Assembly: GCA_946535445.1 (NCBI GenBank) | Contig: CAMNDN010000002.1 | Location: 5,831-69,830 of the forward strand | Direction of reading: 5' to 3' | Length of the DNA: 64,000 nt | DNA from: an uncultured Lachnospiraceae bacterium | Lineage (GTDB): Bacteria > Bacillota > Clostridia > Lachnospirales > Lachnospiraceae | Part shown: positions 40,021-49,589 of the stretch, one piece after another | Layout: each line of letters begins with the position of its first letter | Position numbering within the stretch: position 1 is the first letter of the stretch | Notes under the pieces: model-generated | Told to the model about the DNA's origin: nothing | The model's database searches: none | The model's input: the letters and a program-made list of their open reading frames with translations, nothing else | Program-made: the position numbers and the translations under genes

Positions 40021-40647
40021 GGGAACGATGCCGCGTACACAGCTTGTCGGGTAGATCTGTGAGTTCTTACCTACGACCGTGCCCGGATTGAGGACCGCAT
40101 TGCATCCGATCTCCGTCCAGTCGCCGAGAAGGGCGCCGATCTTTCTGCGGCCGGTCTCGTAGGAAGCCTCTTTTCCCTTGATTACAATGTTCTTTCGGTC
40201 CGCTTTAATATTGGATGTGATCGAACCGGCACCCATATGCGCATGGAAACCGAGGATGGAATCTCCGCAGTAATTGTAGTGCGGAACTTCGCAGTTATTC
40301 GAGATGATGACGTTTTTAAGCTCAGCGGAATTGCCTACTACGCAGTCGTTTCCTACCAGGGCATCTCCGCGGACAAATGCGCACTGGCGCACCTGTGTTC
40401 TCTCACCGATGATACAGGGACCTGCGATATAGGCGGTATCAAATACTTTGGCCGATTTTGCGATCCATACATTTTCGGCCACCTCGTCATACAGATCCTT
40501 CGGAAGCGTCGGACCGAGTTCCAGAATATAGTCGTGAATACCGGCAAGCGCTTCCCACGGATATGTGAATTTCTCGAGGTACGGTTTTGCGATCGTCTCA
40601 TCGAGTGTGAACAACTCTTCAATTTTTACCTGTTCTACCTGTGCCAT
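39973..40647 (-). CDS. Left-handed beta-helix acetyltransferase (GlmU C-terminal-like)
   Basis: Hexapeptide repeats, GNSAELKN, PHYNYCGDS, HMGAGSITSN, EIGCNAVLNPG. Confidence 0.85.
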   Translation of the reverse strand: MAQVEQVKIEELFTLDETIAKPYLEKFTYPWEALAGIHDYILELGPTLPKDLYDEVAENVWIAKSAKVFDTAYIAGPCIIGERTQVRQCAFVRGDALVGNDCVVGNSAELKNVIISNNCEVPHYNYCGDSILGFHAHMGAGSITSNIKADRKNIVIKGKEASYETGRRKIGALLGDWTEIGCNAVLNPGTVVGKNSQIYPTSCVRGIVPSNTIYKVNGEQVEKK

Positions 40648-40660
40648 AATAATTCTCCTC

Positions 40661-42763
40661 TCATTTTTTCTTAGATGAACTTTTTGGGGTACCGGTCTGC
40701 TTACTGCCACCGGTGGAAGGCTTTTTATAATACCTGGCCGCGGCATCATAACACTGTCTGAGCTGCCATTGATTTTCAAGTCCCATGACAGCAGCGCATC
40801 TTCTCTCTATAAATCCGCGAAGCTTGATCATATACTCGTCCGTTGTGATCGTCCCTTCGGCCACCCCGGTGAGTCCCTTCTCCCAGCTCGCTGTGAGATC
40901 AGGATTAAGCAGGGCTCTGATGGATAAATTGACAGTATCATAAACCATCTCTCCGAGAAGCTCCGGGGTAATGACCTGCGTCTTTTTATTAAGATTCAGG
41001 TATTTTATCGTAACAAGCTTCTTGAGGATCTCCGCTCTTGTCGCAGATGTGCCGATGCCGGATCCCCGAATCATCTCCCGCAGACTTTCATCCTCGATCA
41101 GCTGACCGGCATTTTCCATCGCCAGGATCATCGAGCCGGATGTATATCGTTTCGGTGGAGAAGTCTCTCCCTCCTTCACCGAAAGATCATCAATATTGAG
41201 CCTGTCTCCTTTTTTGATTCCGGAAAGATCGACTCCTTTTTTATTCTTCTCCCCTCCGGTCACTTTCAGCCATCCCTCTTCTGTCAGGATACGGGATGTT
41301 GCGAAAAAGCTCTCATTTCCGACAGTTATGGTCACGGACGTTTTACTGTAGACTGCGGGCGGATAGAAAACGGCAAGAAATCTGCGTACAATTGTATCAT
41401 ATACTTTTCTTGCCGTGGGAGAAAGGCTTTGCAGCGTTTTCAGCCCGGAACCGGTCGGAATAATGGCATAGTGATCGGTGATAGCCTTGTCATTGGTATA
41501 TCTGGTGTTTCCTATATTTTTCCAGGCGGATCCGGCCAGAATTTCATTTGCAAATGCAGCTATGCTTCCGTTCCCTTCATCCTCGATCCCGGAGGCGGCA
41601 ATTCCTTTCAGATTTCGGTCAATGACCTTGGCAACTGCACTGGAAAGTACACGGGCATCTGTTCTCGGATAGGTCGTGAGCTTTTTTTCATAGAGTTCCT
41701 GTGCGATCTGCAGGGTCTGATCCGGTGAAATCTTGAACCGCTTCGAGCAGTCATTCTGAAGCTCCGCCAGATTATACAGCATGGGCGGATTTTTTGTTTC
41801 TTTTTTGCGGCTGATCTGTTTTACGATCCCCTCAAAGGGATCGACCTGTTTCAGTTCCGCAATCAGTTTTTCCGCATCCTCTCTCTTCAGAAAACCGTTT
41901 TCTTTATAAAGCAGAGGCGACAGATGCAGAGCAGCCGCAGCTTCCTTTGCAGCCTCATCCTCCTTCTGTCCGGCTGTATCTGCCGCTGGTGCGGAAGCCG
42001 GACCATCTATGTAGTATTTGCTTCCGGGAACCGCCTTCCATTCTGCCTCAAGCCCGTTGAACACGCCTACCACGCGATAGAAAGGCGTTTTGACAAATTC
42101 CCGGATCTCCCGCTCCCGTCTGACGACCATGCCCAGAACGCAGGTCATGACACGGCCTACGGAGACAGCGGACCATTTTCCTCCCAGGTAGTTGGAAATC
42201 CCGTTCCCGTATTTCAGGGTCAGCAGCCTTGAAAAATTGATTCCCATAAGGAAGTCTTCCTTGGCACGAAGATACGCCGAATCACTCAGATTGTCGTATG
42301 CGGATAACGGCTTTGCTTCCTTGATCCCCCGGGCAATTTCGTCATCTGTGAAGGAATCGATCCACACACGTCTGCGGTCTTTGGTCTGAACAGACGGATC
42401 TGACATCATCTCAACGAGTCTGTAAATGTATTCCCCTTCCCGTCCCGAATCAGTGCATACATATATTTTTTCAATATCATTTCTGGCAAGAAGGGAACTC
42501 ACTGTCCTGAACTGTTTCTCGACTGCCGGGATCACTTCATACAAAAATGTATCCGGTATGAAAGGGAGCGTTTCAAGACTCCACTTCTTATATTTCGCAT
42601 CATATTTTTCGGGATAACTCATTGTGATGAGATGTCCGACGCACCATGTTACGACTGTTGTTTCAGATTCCACATACCCATCACGTCTGGGCCCCGATAC
42701 CTTCAGGGCTCTTGCAAATTCCTGCGCGACCGAAGGTTTTTCGGCAATATATAAGTCTTTGAT
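40661..42763 (-). CDS. topB: DNA topoisomerase III with probable ATC start
   Basis: In-frame N-terminal IKDLYIAEKPSVAQ upstream of the track start; DSGREGE, SVGRV, TTYPRT, DHYAIIPT, GIGTSATR. Confidence 0.92.
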   Translation of the reverse strand: MKDLYIAEKPSVAQEFARALKVSGPRRDGYVESETTVVTWCVGHLITMSYPEKYDAKYKKWSLETLPFIPDTFLYEVIPAVEKQFRTVSSLLARNDIEKIYVCTDSGREGEYIYRLVEMMSDPSVQTKDRRRVWIDSFTDDEIARGIKEAKPLSAYDNLSDSAYLRAKEDFLMGINFSRLLTLKYGNGISNYLGGKWSAVSVGRVMTCVLGMVVRREREIREFVKTPFYRVVGVFNGLEAEWKAVPGSKYYIDGPASAPAADTAGQKEDEAAKEAAAALHLSPLLYKENGFLKREDAEKLIAELKQVDPFEGIVKQISRKKETKNPPMLYNLAELQNDCSKRFKISPDQTLQIAQELYEKKLTTYPRTDARVLSSAVAKVIDRNLKGIAASGIEDEGNGSIAAFANEILAGSAWKNIGNTRYTNDKAITDHYAIIPTGSGLKTLQSLSPTARKVYDTIVRRFLAVFYPPAVYSKTSVTITVGNESFFATSRILTEEGWLKVTGGEKNKKGVDLSGIKKGDRLNIDDLSVKEGETSPPKRYTSGSMILAMENAGQLIEDESLREMIRGSGIGTSATRAEILKKLVTIKYLNLNKKTQVITPELLGEMVYDTVNLSIRALLNPDLTASWEKGLTGVAEGTITTDEYMIKLRGFIERRCAAVMGLENQWQLRQCYDAAARYYKKPSTGGSKQTGTPKSSSKKK

Positions 42764-42788
42764 GGATTTTTCCTCCTTAAACTTATGT

Positions 42789-42817
42789 GGCAGGCAGAAG
42801 ATATACTCCTGCCTGCC
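42789..42817. other. GC-rich hairpin between asd and the topB SD sequence
   Basis: GGCAGGCAG...CTGCCTGCC; no clear T-tract. Confidence 0.55.
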
Positions 42818-42888
42818 GATAATTTACATGACGCATATCATCATTTTTGATAGAAGATTCGCCGACGGTGAATTTTCCGGTCAGCGCC

Positions 42889-43974
42889 TTACTTAGCTTC
42901 GATATATCCGAGAGCAGTGAGCATCTCAGCCGATTCCACAGCACCGCCGGCAGCTCCGCGGAGAGTGTTGTGTGAAAGTCCGACAAACTTGAAATCAAAA
43001 ATATTGTCCTCGCGAAGTCTTCCGATGGAAACACCCATTCCGCCTTCAAAGTCCACATCCTGTGTGACCTGCGGGCGATTATCCTCTTCGCAGTACTGAA
43101 TGAACTGACTCGGTGCGTGCGGCAGACCAAGTTCCTGGGGCTTGCCGGAGAAATTGACAAGTCTGTCGATCAGCTGCTCTTTTGTAGGCTTTTTCGCAAA
43201 GCTGATCGATACCGTAGCTGTATGTCCGTTGAGGACCGGTACTCGAATGCACTGTGCGGAGATGATCGGGCTTTCGGCCTTCACGATCTGGCCATTCTCG
43301 ATCCTGCCGAGGACCTTGAGCGGCTCCTGCTCGGACTTCTCTTCCTCCCCGCCAATGTACGGAATGACATTGCCGACCATTTCCGGCCAGTCTTTAAATG
43401 TTTTGCCGGCACCTGAGATGGCCTGATATGTGCTGACGACCACCTTGGTGGGTTCAAATTCTTTCCAGGCCGCAAGGCATGGGATATAACTCTGAATAGA
43501 ACAATTCGGTTTTACTGCAATGAAACCGCGTTTCGTTCCGAGACGTTCTCTCTGATACTTGATAACGGAATAATGCTGCGGATTGATTTCGGGAATGACC
43601 ATCGGCACATCCGGTGTCCAGCGGTGAGCACTGTTATTGGAGACGACCGGGACCTCTGCTTTCGCATAGGTATCTTCGATCTCACGGATCTCGGCTTTGG
43701 GCATGTTGACTGCGGAAAAGACAAAATCGACCATATCCGCAATTTCCTGAACATCAAGAATATTTTTTACTACAATGTTCTTAACGCTATCCGGCATCGG
43801 CATATCCATCTTCCACTTATCACCGACAGCCTCTTCGTAAGTCTTTCCGGCGCTTCTTGCGCTTGCCGCAAGAACTTTGATTTCATACCAGGGATGATTA
43901 TAAAGCAGTGTAATAAAACGCTGCCCCACCATACCTGTTGCACCGAGAATTCCAACACGCAGTTTTTCACTCAT
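42889..43974 (-). CDS. asd: Aspartate-semialdehyde dehydrogenase
   Basis: GATGMVGQ, PNCS, QAISGAG, RVPVLNGH, HNTLRGAAG. Confidence 0.96.
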   Translation of the reverse strand: MSEKLRVGILGATGMVGQRFITLLYNHPWYEIKVLAASARSAGKTYEEAVGDKWKMDMPMPDSVKNIVVKNILDVQEIADMVDFVFSAVNMPKAEIREIEDTYAKAEVPVVSNNSAHRWTPDVPMVIPEINPQHYSVIKYQRERLGTKRGFIAVKPNCSIQSYIPCLAAWKEFEPTKVVVSTYQAISGAGKTFKDWPEMVGNVIPYIGGEEEKSEQEPLKVLGRIENGQIVKAESPIISAQCIRVPVLNGHTATVSISFAKKPTKEQLIDRLVNFSGKPQELGLPHAPSQFIQYCEEDNRPQVTQDVDFEGGMGVSIGRLREDNIFDFKFVGLSHNTLRGAAGGAVESAEMLTALGYIEAK

Positions 43975-43994
43975 AATAATTTCCTCCTATATCA

Positions 43995-45371
43995 TCAACC
44001 GATCCATGCAAGAAAATTCTCACATACGGTCAATTCACCATCGATCGCGCCGGGCGCTCCTATCGTTTTTCTCTGTTCGACACAAGTTTTCAGAGAGATT
44101 GCCTCATAAATGTCTTCTTCGAAAACGTCACATTCTTTCTTCCAGTCTTCGATTTTCAGATCATCCATGGGGATTCCCTTTTCAATACACGTGAGAACAA
44201 GGCGGCCGATGATGCTGTGCGCATCACGGAAAGGAACACCTTTTTTTACCAGATAGTCGGCAGCGTCCGTCGCATTGGTATATCCCCCTCTGGCGGAATC
44301 AGCCATTCTGTTCTCATTAAAGGTCGCCGTACCGAGCATTCCGGACATCAGATGAATACATCCTTTTGTTGTATCGATCGCGTCAAAGGTCATCTCCTTG
44401 TCTTCCTGCATATCCTTATCATATGCGAGCGGAATCCCTTTCATGACAGTAAGCATCGTCGTGAGAGCTCCGTAGACACGTCCCGTTTTACCTCTGATCA
44501 GCTCAGCAATATCCGGATTCTTCTTCTGAGGCATGATACTGCTTCCTGTCGCATAAGTATCATCCAGCTCAATGAACCTGTATTCGTTCGAATTCCAGAT
44601 TATTATTTCTTCTGAAAGTCTTGAAAGATGCATCATGATCGTAGACAGGGCACTGACATACTCAATGACATAATCCCGGTCAGACACACCGTCCATGGAG
44701 TTGGCACACGGCCTGTCGAATCCCAGCAGTCCGGCTGTATATTCCCTGTCAAGGGCATAAGTCGTTCCCGCCAGAGCACCGCTTCCGAGAGGACATTCAT
44801 TCATGCGTTCACGAATAGAAAGAATCCTCTCCGTATCGCGGCGGAACATCTCAAAATATGCTCCCATATGGTGTGCCAGAGTGACCGGCTGCGCTTTCTG
44901 CAGATGGGTAAATCCGGGCATATAGGTATGAGCATGATCCTTCATGATACTGTAAATTGTATAAAGCAGTTCCTTTAAAAGTTCTTTCGTCTCATCAATC
45001 TCATCACGGATATATAGTCTCATGTCGAGGGCGACCTGATCATTGCGGCTTCTTCCTGTATGAAGTTTCTTTCCGGCAGCTCCGATCCGCTCTGTCAGAA
45101 CGGCCTCGACGAAAGAATGGATATCTTCATACTCGTTTGAGATTTTCAGTGTTCCTGCAAGAACATCATTCTCGATCGAGTCAAGCCCTGTAAGAATCAG
45201 ATCTCGCTCTTCTTCTGTGAGGATCCTCTGCTTCGCAAGCATACGGACATGCGCCCGTGAACCACGTACATCCTGTCTGAAAAACTTCTGATCAAAACCG
45301 ATCGACTGGTTGAAGTTGTACACCAGCTGATCTGTCTCTTTGGTAAAACGTCCGCCCCATAACTGAGCCAT
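43995..45371 (-). CDS. argH: Argininosuccinate lyase
   Basis: LWGGRF, HTGRSRNDQ, GFTHLQ, GSSIMPQKKNPD. Confidence 0.98.
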   Translation of the reverse strand: MAQLWGGRFTKETDQLVYNFNQSIGFDQKFFRQDVRGSRAHVRMLAKQRILTEEERDLILTGLDSIENDVLAGTLKISNEYEDIHSFVEAVLTERIGAAGKKLHTGRSRNDQVALDMRLYIRDEIDETKELLKELLYTIYSIMKDHAHTYMPGFTHLQKAQPVTLAHHMGAYFEMFRRDTERILSIRERMNECPLGSGALAGTTYALDREYTAGLLGFDRPCANSMDGVSDRDYVIEYVSALSTIMMHLSRLSEEIIIWNSNEYRFIELDDTYATGSSIMPQKKNPDIAELIRGKTGRVYGALTTMLTVMKGIPLAYDKDMQEDKEMTFDAIDTTKGCIHLMSGMLGTATFNENRMADSARGGYTNATDAADYLVKKGVPFRDAHSIIGRLVLTCIEKGIPMDDLKIEDWKKECDVFEEDIYEAISLKTCVEQRKTIGAPGAIDGELTVCENFLAWIG

Positions 45372-45464
45372 AAACACTCTCCTGCCTGAAAATAAAACGA
45401 TCTCTTCATCGCGGGATTGTATCCACGATGAAGACGGGTGTCACTTTACGCGCGTATCTAATGA

Positions 45465-45488
45465 CTAAAGTCACGAGTACTGCGCGAT
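45465..45488 (+). repeat. Copy 2 of the AAAGTCACGAG intergenic motif
   Basis: CTAAAGTCACGAGTACTGCGCGAT. Confidence 0.6.
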
Positions 45489-45581
45489 AAAAAATAAAAA
45501 TAACGAATCAAGTTTAGCACAAACACAGATTATTGAAAAGGCATAATTCTAAGAAAGAACCTGACCCGAAGTGCAATTCTT

Positions 45582-46193
45582 TCAGCGTACGGAATAAACA
45601 CAACCGCAATAATCCTGACGGTAAAGCCCGTATTCTCTGGACAATTCTATGGACCGCAGGTAGCCGTTCCTCTTCTTGAAATCGGAAGGCAGCCATTTCA
45701 CACCGTATTCGGAAGCCAGTTCCGCCCCGATCTGATTGAGCTTCTCCGCATTCTTGAGCGGGCTGATCGTAAGAGTCGTCGTAAAATAATCAAAACCGTT
45801 CTCGGCCGCTATTCTTGCTGTCTCCCTGAGCCTTAACGCATAACATCGGAAACAACGTTCTCCTCCCTCCGGGAAATCCTCCAGACCGGCAGCGATCTCA
45901 AAGAATTTTTCCGGCTCATAATTTCCCCTGTAAAATGCAACCGGATGCAAATGCGGCTGCTCTTCAATAAGTCTTGCCAGCTCTGTCTCCCTCTTCCTGT
46001 ATTCCTCTTCATCCGTTATATTCGGATTATAATAAAAATCGGTGATCCTGAAATGTGAAGACAGATATTCCAGACAGTAAGAACTGCAGGGTGCACAGCA
46101 GCTGTGCAGAAAGAGGGTCGGTATAATACCGTCCCTCTCATTTTCTCTTATTATTTTCTCCAGCTCTTTCTGATAATTTACTTTATTAGCCAT
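45582..46193 (-). CDS. queH: Epoxyqueuosine reductase QueH (DUF208)
   Basis: HSCCAPCS, YNPNI, CFRC, TTLTISP, YRQDYCGC. Confidence 0.92.
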   Translation of the reverse strand: MANKVNYQKELEKIIRENERDGIIPTLFLHSCCAPCSSYCLEYLSSHFRITDFYYNPNITDEEEYRKRETELARLIEEQPHLHPVAFYRGNYEPEKFFEIAAGLEDFPEGGERCFRCYALRLRETARIAAENGFDYFTTTLTISPLKNAEKLNQIGAELASEYGVKWLPSDFKKRNGYLRSIELSREYGLYRQDYCGCVYSVR

Positions 46194-47160
46194 CGACCTG
46201 ACCTGTGTACTTTCTGTAGCCGGTGGTCATGTCCACAAGATTCCCCGGCTGTTCTCCGTTCATATATTTTTTCAGATTGGAAACAGCAATATCTACAATT
46301 CTCTCATAAGTCAGGTGCAGATGATAGGCACCTGAAACATGCGGAGTAAGAATCAGATTCGGACAATCCCAGAGAGGATTATCTTTTGGAAGCGGTTCGG
46401 GGTCGGTGACATCCAGACAGGCTCCGCCGATTGTGTGGTCCATAAGGGCCTCTGCCAGTGCAGGCTGATCGAACAGAGAGCCGCGTCCGACATTTGCAAT
46501 GATCGCCGTCGATTTCATTGCGGCGATCCTTTCCGCGTGGAACAGCTTATTGGTCTCAGCCGTGGCCGGGAGACAGCATGCGATAAAATCTGCCTCAGGA
46601 AGGTATCGGTCAATATCTTCCATGGTCCCCGACTCACACATGAAAGGTGCAGGGGCGACTTTATGCCTGCGGATACCGATCACACGGCTGCCTAAAGCTG
46701 CCATACGGCTCCCGAATTCCGAACCGATATCACCTGCTCCGATCACGAGTGTCGTGGAACCGTATATTCCCAGTACATTTCCTTCATCTTTCCAGAGATG
46801 TTTTTTTCGGTTACATTCATACCTGTTGATTTTCTTGATCAGTGTCAGGACGCATGCAAGCATATGCTCCGCGATCGCCACACCGTAGGCGCCCGTTGAA
46901 TTACAGAGCAGTGTGCTCTCATGAAGAATTCCGGGCAGGCAGTACGTATTGGCACCTGCGGAATTCAGCTGCAGAAGTCTGAGCCGCGGTGAGGCCTTTA
47001 TCATCTCAGGCGGAACATTTCCGATAATGATATCAGAAGAAGCAACATCACTTTCCGTCACCTCATCTGCCGCAATATAGCGGAACTCTGAGCCTTCGGA
47101 CACATCCTTGAAACGTGCTCTCACTGCTTCATCAGCCGGTATTGTAACTAATATGACCAT
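46186..47160 (-). CDS. D-isomer-specific 2-hydroxyacid dehydrogenase
   Basis: GAGDIG, NVGRG, DVTDPEP, TPHVSG. Confidence 0.9.
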   Translation of the reverse strand: MVILVTIPADEAVRARFKDVSEGSEFRYIAADEVTESDVASSDIIIGNVPPEMIKASPRLRLLQLNSAGANTYCLPGILHESTLLCNSTGAYGVAIAEHMLACVLTLIKKINRYECNRKKHLWKDEGNVLGIYGSTTLVIGAGDIGSEFGSRMAALGSRVIGIRRHKVAPAPFMCESGTMEDIDRYLPEADFIACCLPATAETNKLFHAERIAAMKSTAIIANVGRGSLFDQPALAEALMDHTIGGACLDVTDPEPLPKDNPLWDCPNLILTPHVSGAYHLHLTYERIVDIAVSNLKKYMNGEQPGNLVDMTTGYRKYTGQVDG

Positions 47161-47298
47161 ATAAACCTCCAAAAAATACAAGTATACCTCTTTATAAAAT
47201 GACATTGATTTGATAAGATATTTTACCAAATAATCTCATTTTGGATACTATAGCCAAAGATTATACACCTAATCAAAAAAAATAGGAAGGAAAAACAT

Positions 47299-47778
47299 AT
47301 GGATATAATTTCTCACGCGAGAGACGTTTTTGCAAATGACCACTATGCCACGGATGTGACCGGGATCGTCATTGAAGACTGCTGTGAAAATCACTCTCTG
47401 GTCTCCCTCAGACTGGACGAGCGCCACAGGAATGCAGTCGGTGAAGTGATGGGAGCTGTCTATTATACTTTGGTCGACTTTTCGTTTGCGGTCGCCTCCA
47501 ATTACGACCGGCCGATGACGGTCACTCTGCAAAGTTCCATCACCTATATGAGCTCCTGCCGCGGCAACATCCTGTACGCCGAAGCCAACTGCACGAAAGA
47601 AGGCGGACGCACCTGCTTTTATGATATCTGTATCACGGATGATCTCGGGAACTTTGTCGCCAAAGCAACGACGACAGGTTATAAAATGAACCCGCGTTTC
47701 CCGCATGATGCGGAACACAGAAATGATGATCCGTTCAGAGAACAGATTTATCTGTATGAACACGCAAAACACGGTTAA
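47299..47778 (+). CDS. PaaI-family hotdog thioesterase
   Basis: HRNAVGEVMGAVYYTLVD, size and pattern. Confidence 0.85.
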   Translation: MDIISHARDVFANDHYATDVTGIVIEDCCENHSLVSLRLDERHRNAVGEVMGAVYYTLVDFSFAVASNYDRPMTVTLQSSITYMSSCRGNILYAEANCTKEGGRTCFYDICITDDLGNFVAKATTTGYKMNPRFPHDAEHRNDDPFREQIYLYEHAKHG

Positions 47779-47802
47779 TAAATATTTGTTATAAAAGAAA
47801 AA

Positions 47803-47914
47803 GGAGCTGTCGCATTAAGCATTATATGCATAAATAATTCATTCAGGGACCGCTCGCGCTTAATTGTCCCTTCATGAATATTTATGCACTTTTTCTGCTT
47901 ATTGCGACAGCTCC
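47803..47914. repeat. 112-nt near-complete palindrome with GGAGCTGTCGCA...TGCGACAGCTCC ends; probably also a bidirectional terminator
   Basis: Paired blocks TAAGCA/TGCTTA, TGCATAAATA/TATTTATGCA, ATTCAT/ATGAAT, AGGGAC/GTCCCT. Confidence 0.8.
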
Positions 47915-47955
47915 CTTGTTTTATTATTACTGTTCAGGTCATTAATCCGAATGCA

Positions 47956-49428
47956 TCATACACCGGCCGGTTTCTTTTTTCTTCTCTTCTTTCTTGCTTT
48001 TGCCTTCTCGGTCGGCTTCCAGGCAGCTACAAGCTTCTCATCGATACCGATATCCCGCGCTTTGAAAACGGGATCTTTTCCGGCCTTTTTCTGCTCCTCG
48101 TAGTTCGAAAGGGCATCAATTGCATAATTTCCCAGAATGACACAAGCCGGCAGATTTATGATCGTCATTCCGCCCATCGTTATGTCTGCGATCGCCCACA
48201 CAGCCGACATCTGCATCTGAGCACCTACGAAGATGACGACTACGCAGCACAGATAAAATATGGTCATGAATCTCTTCTCAGGCAATTTCTTATGATTCAA
48301 AAATGCAAGAGCATTATCACAGTAATACAGATTTCCGAGAAGTGTTGTGAACGCGAAAAGGATCATGGCCACCGTGATAAAGATAGGACCTATGCCGCCA
48401 AAAACGGATGAAATCGCATTCTGTACGTATGTCGCGCCGGCGACGTCTTCCGTGTGAGCAACACCTGTGCTGAGGCACATAAGAGCTGTAGCGGTGCAGA
48501 GGAGCATTGTATCAATGTAAACAGAAATCGTCTGTACCAGGCCCTGCTTGGAAGGATGTGTTACATCTGCAGAAGCGGATGCGTTCGGAGCAGAACCGAC
48601 ACCTGCCTCGTTCGAGAACAGGCCTCTCTTAATTCCGAGGACCAGACATGATCCTGAAATACCGCCGAAGATCGCCTTAAAATTGAACGCGTCGGAAAGG
48701 ATCTCAACGAACATGGCCGGAATGTGTGTGATATTCAGAAGGAGAACGATCAGAGCGACCGCAACATAGAACAGTCCCATGAACGGGACGACGATCTCTG
48801 TCAGCCGCACAATTCTCTTGCCGCCGCCCAGAAGACAATAGCCGATAAGAACAGCCAGAATAGCACCGATGATTATAGGTGTGATCGTCGGATGATACCA
48901 ATGATATATGGCAAATGTAGACTGAAGATTATAGGAGCAGAGCAGATTAAAACCAAATGCGTACGTAGCGATCAGGAACACGGAAAATACGGCTGCCGGT
49001 ACGGTCGAATGCATGGCAAGCTCAATATAGTAGGCAGGACCGCCATAAAAGCCTCCTTCTTTATCGACCCTCTTAAAAATCTGAGCGAGCGTCGATTCCA
49101 TGTAGGCTGAAGCGGCTCCGATAATACACATCACCCACATCCAGAATACGGCACCCGGTCCGCCCAGGCAGATTGCAGTCGAAACACCTACTATATTACC
49201 GGTGCCTACACGGGAAGCAGTCGAGACCATCAGGGCCTGAAAAGAGGAGACCGATTTTCCTTTCTCTCCCTTCGGAGGCTCAAGGATCAGGGTGCACGCC
49301 TCTTTGAACAGGCGGATCTGTACAAATTTTGTTCGGAAAGTAAAATACAGTCCCGCTGCAGCCATTATGATGATCAGTACAGGCGCGTAGAGAATATCAT
49401 CGATAGTATTCAGTACATTTGTTATCAT
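47956..49428 (-). CDS. Alanine/glycine:cation symporter (AGCS/AlsT family)
   Basis: RVGTGNI.GV, GGPGAVFWMW, GGPAYY, RGLFSNEAG.GS. Confidence 0.93.
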   Translation of the reverse strand: MITNVLNTIDDILYAPVLIIIMAAAGLYFTFRTKFVQIRLFKEACTLILEPPKGEKGKSVSSFQALMVSTASRVGTGNIVGVSTAICLGGPGAVFWMWVMCIIGAASAYMESTLAQIFKRVDKEGGFYGGPAYYIELAMHSTVPAAVFSVFLIATYAFGFNLLCSYNLQSTFAIYHWYHPTITPIIIGAILAVLIGYCLLGGGKRIVRLTEIVVPFMGLFYVAVALIVLLLNITHIPAMFVEILSDAFNFKAIFGGISGSCLVLGIKRGLFSNEAGVGSAPNASASADVTHPSKQGLVQTISVYIDTMLLCTATALMCLSTGVAHTEDVAGATYVQNAISSVFGGIGPIFITVAMILFAFTTLLGNLYYCDNALAFLNHKKLPEKRFMTIFYLCCVVVIFVGAQMQMSAVWAIADITMGGMTIINLPACVILGNYAIDALSNYEEQKKAGKDPVFKARDIGIDEKLVAAWKPTEKAKARKKRRKKKPAGV

Positions 49429-49480
49429 CTTTTTTCCTCCTTGTTGCGGGAATCTGCAGATACCGAAATCTGATGGATGT

Positions 49481-49570
49481 AAAAAAACGGGCAGTTCGAT
49501 AACCGTCCGTTTCCACCAGAACACAGGCTCCCCTGTGCTAAATTATATAAGTTTTTTTTAGCATAGTAAA
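49481..49570 (-). promoter_or_regulatory. Promoter plus short terminator-containing leader (candidate attenuator)
   Basis: TTTACT-17 bp-TATAAT (49570-49542), hairpin ACAGG-GGAG-CCTGT, terminator ACGGACGGTT-ATCG-AACTGCCCGT followed by T-tract. Confidence 0.6.
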
Positions 49571-49589
49571 GCACTAAAATATCAGTAAA

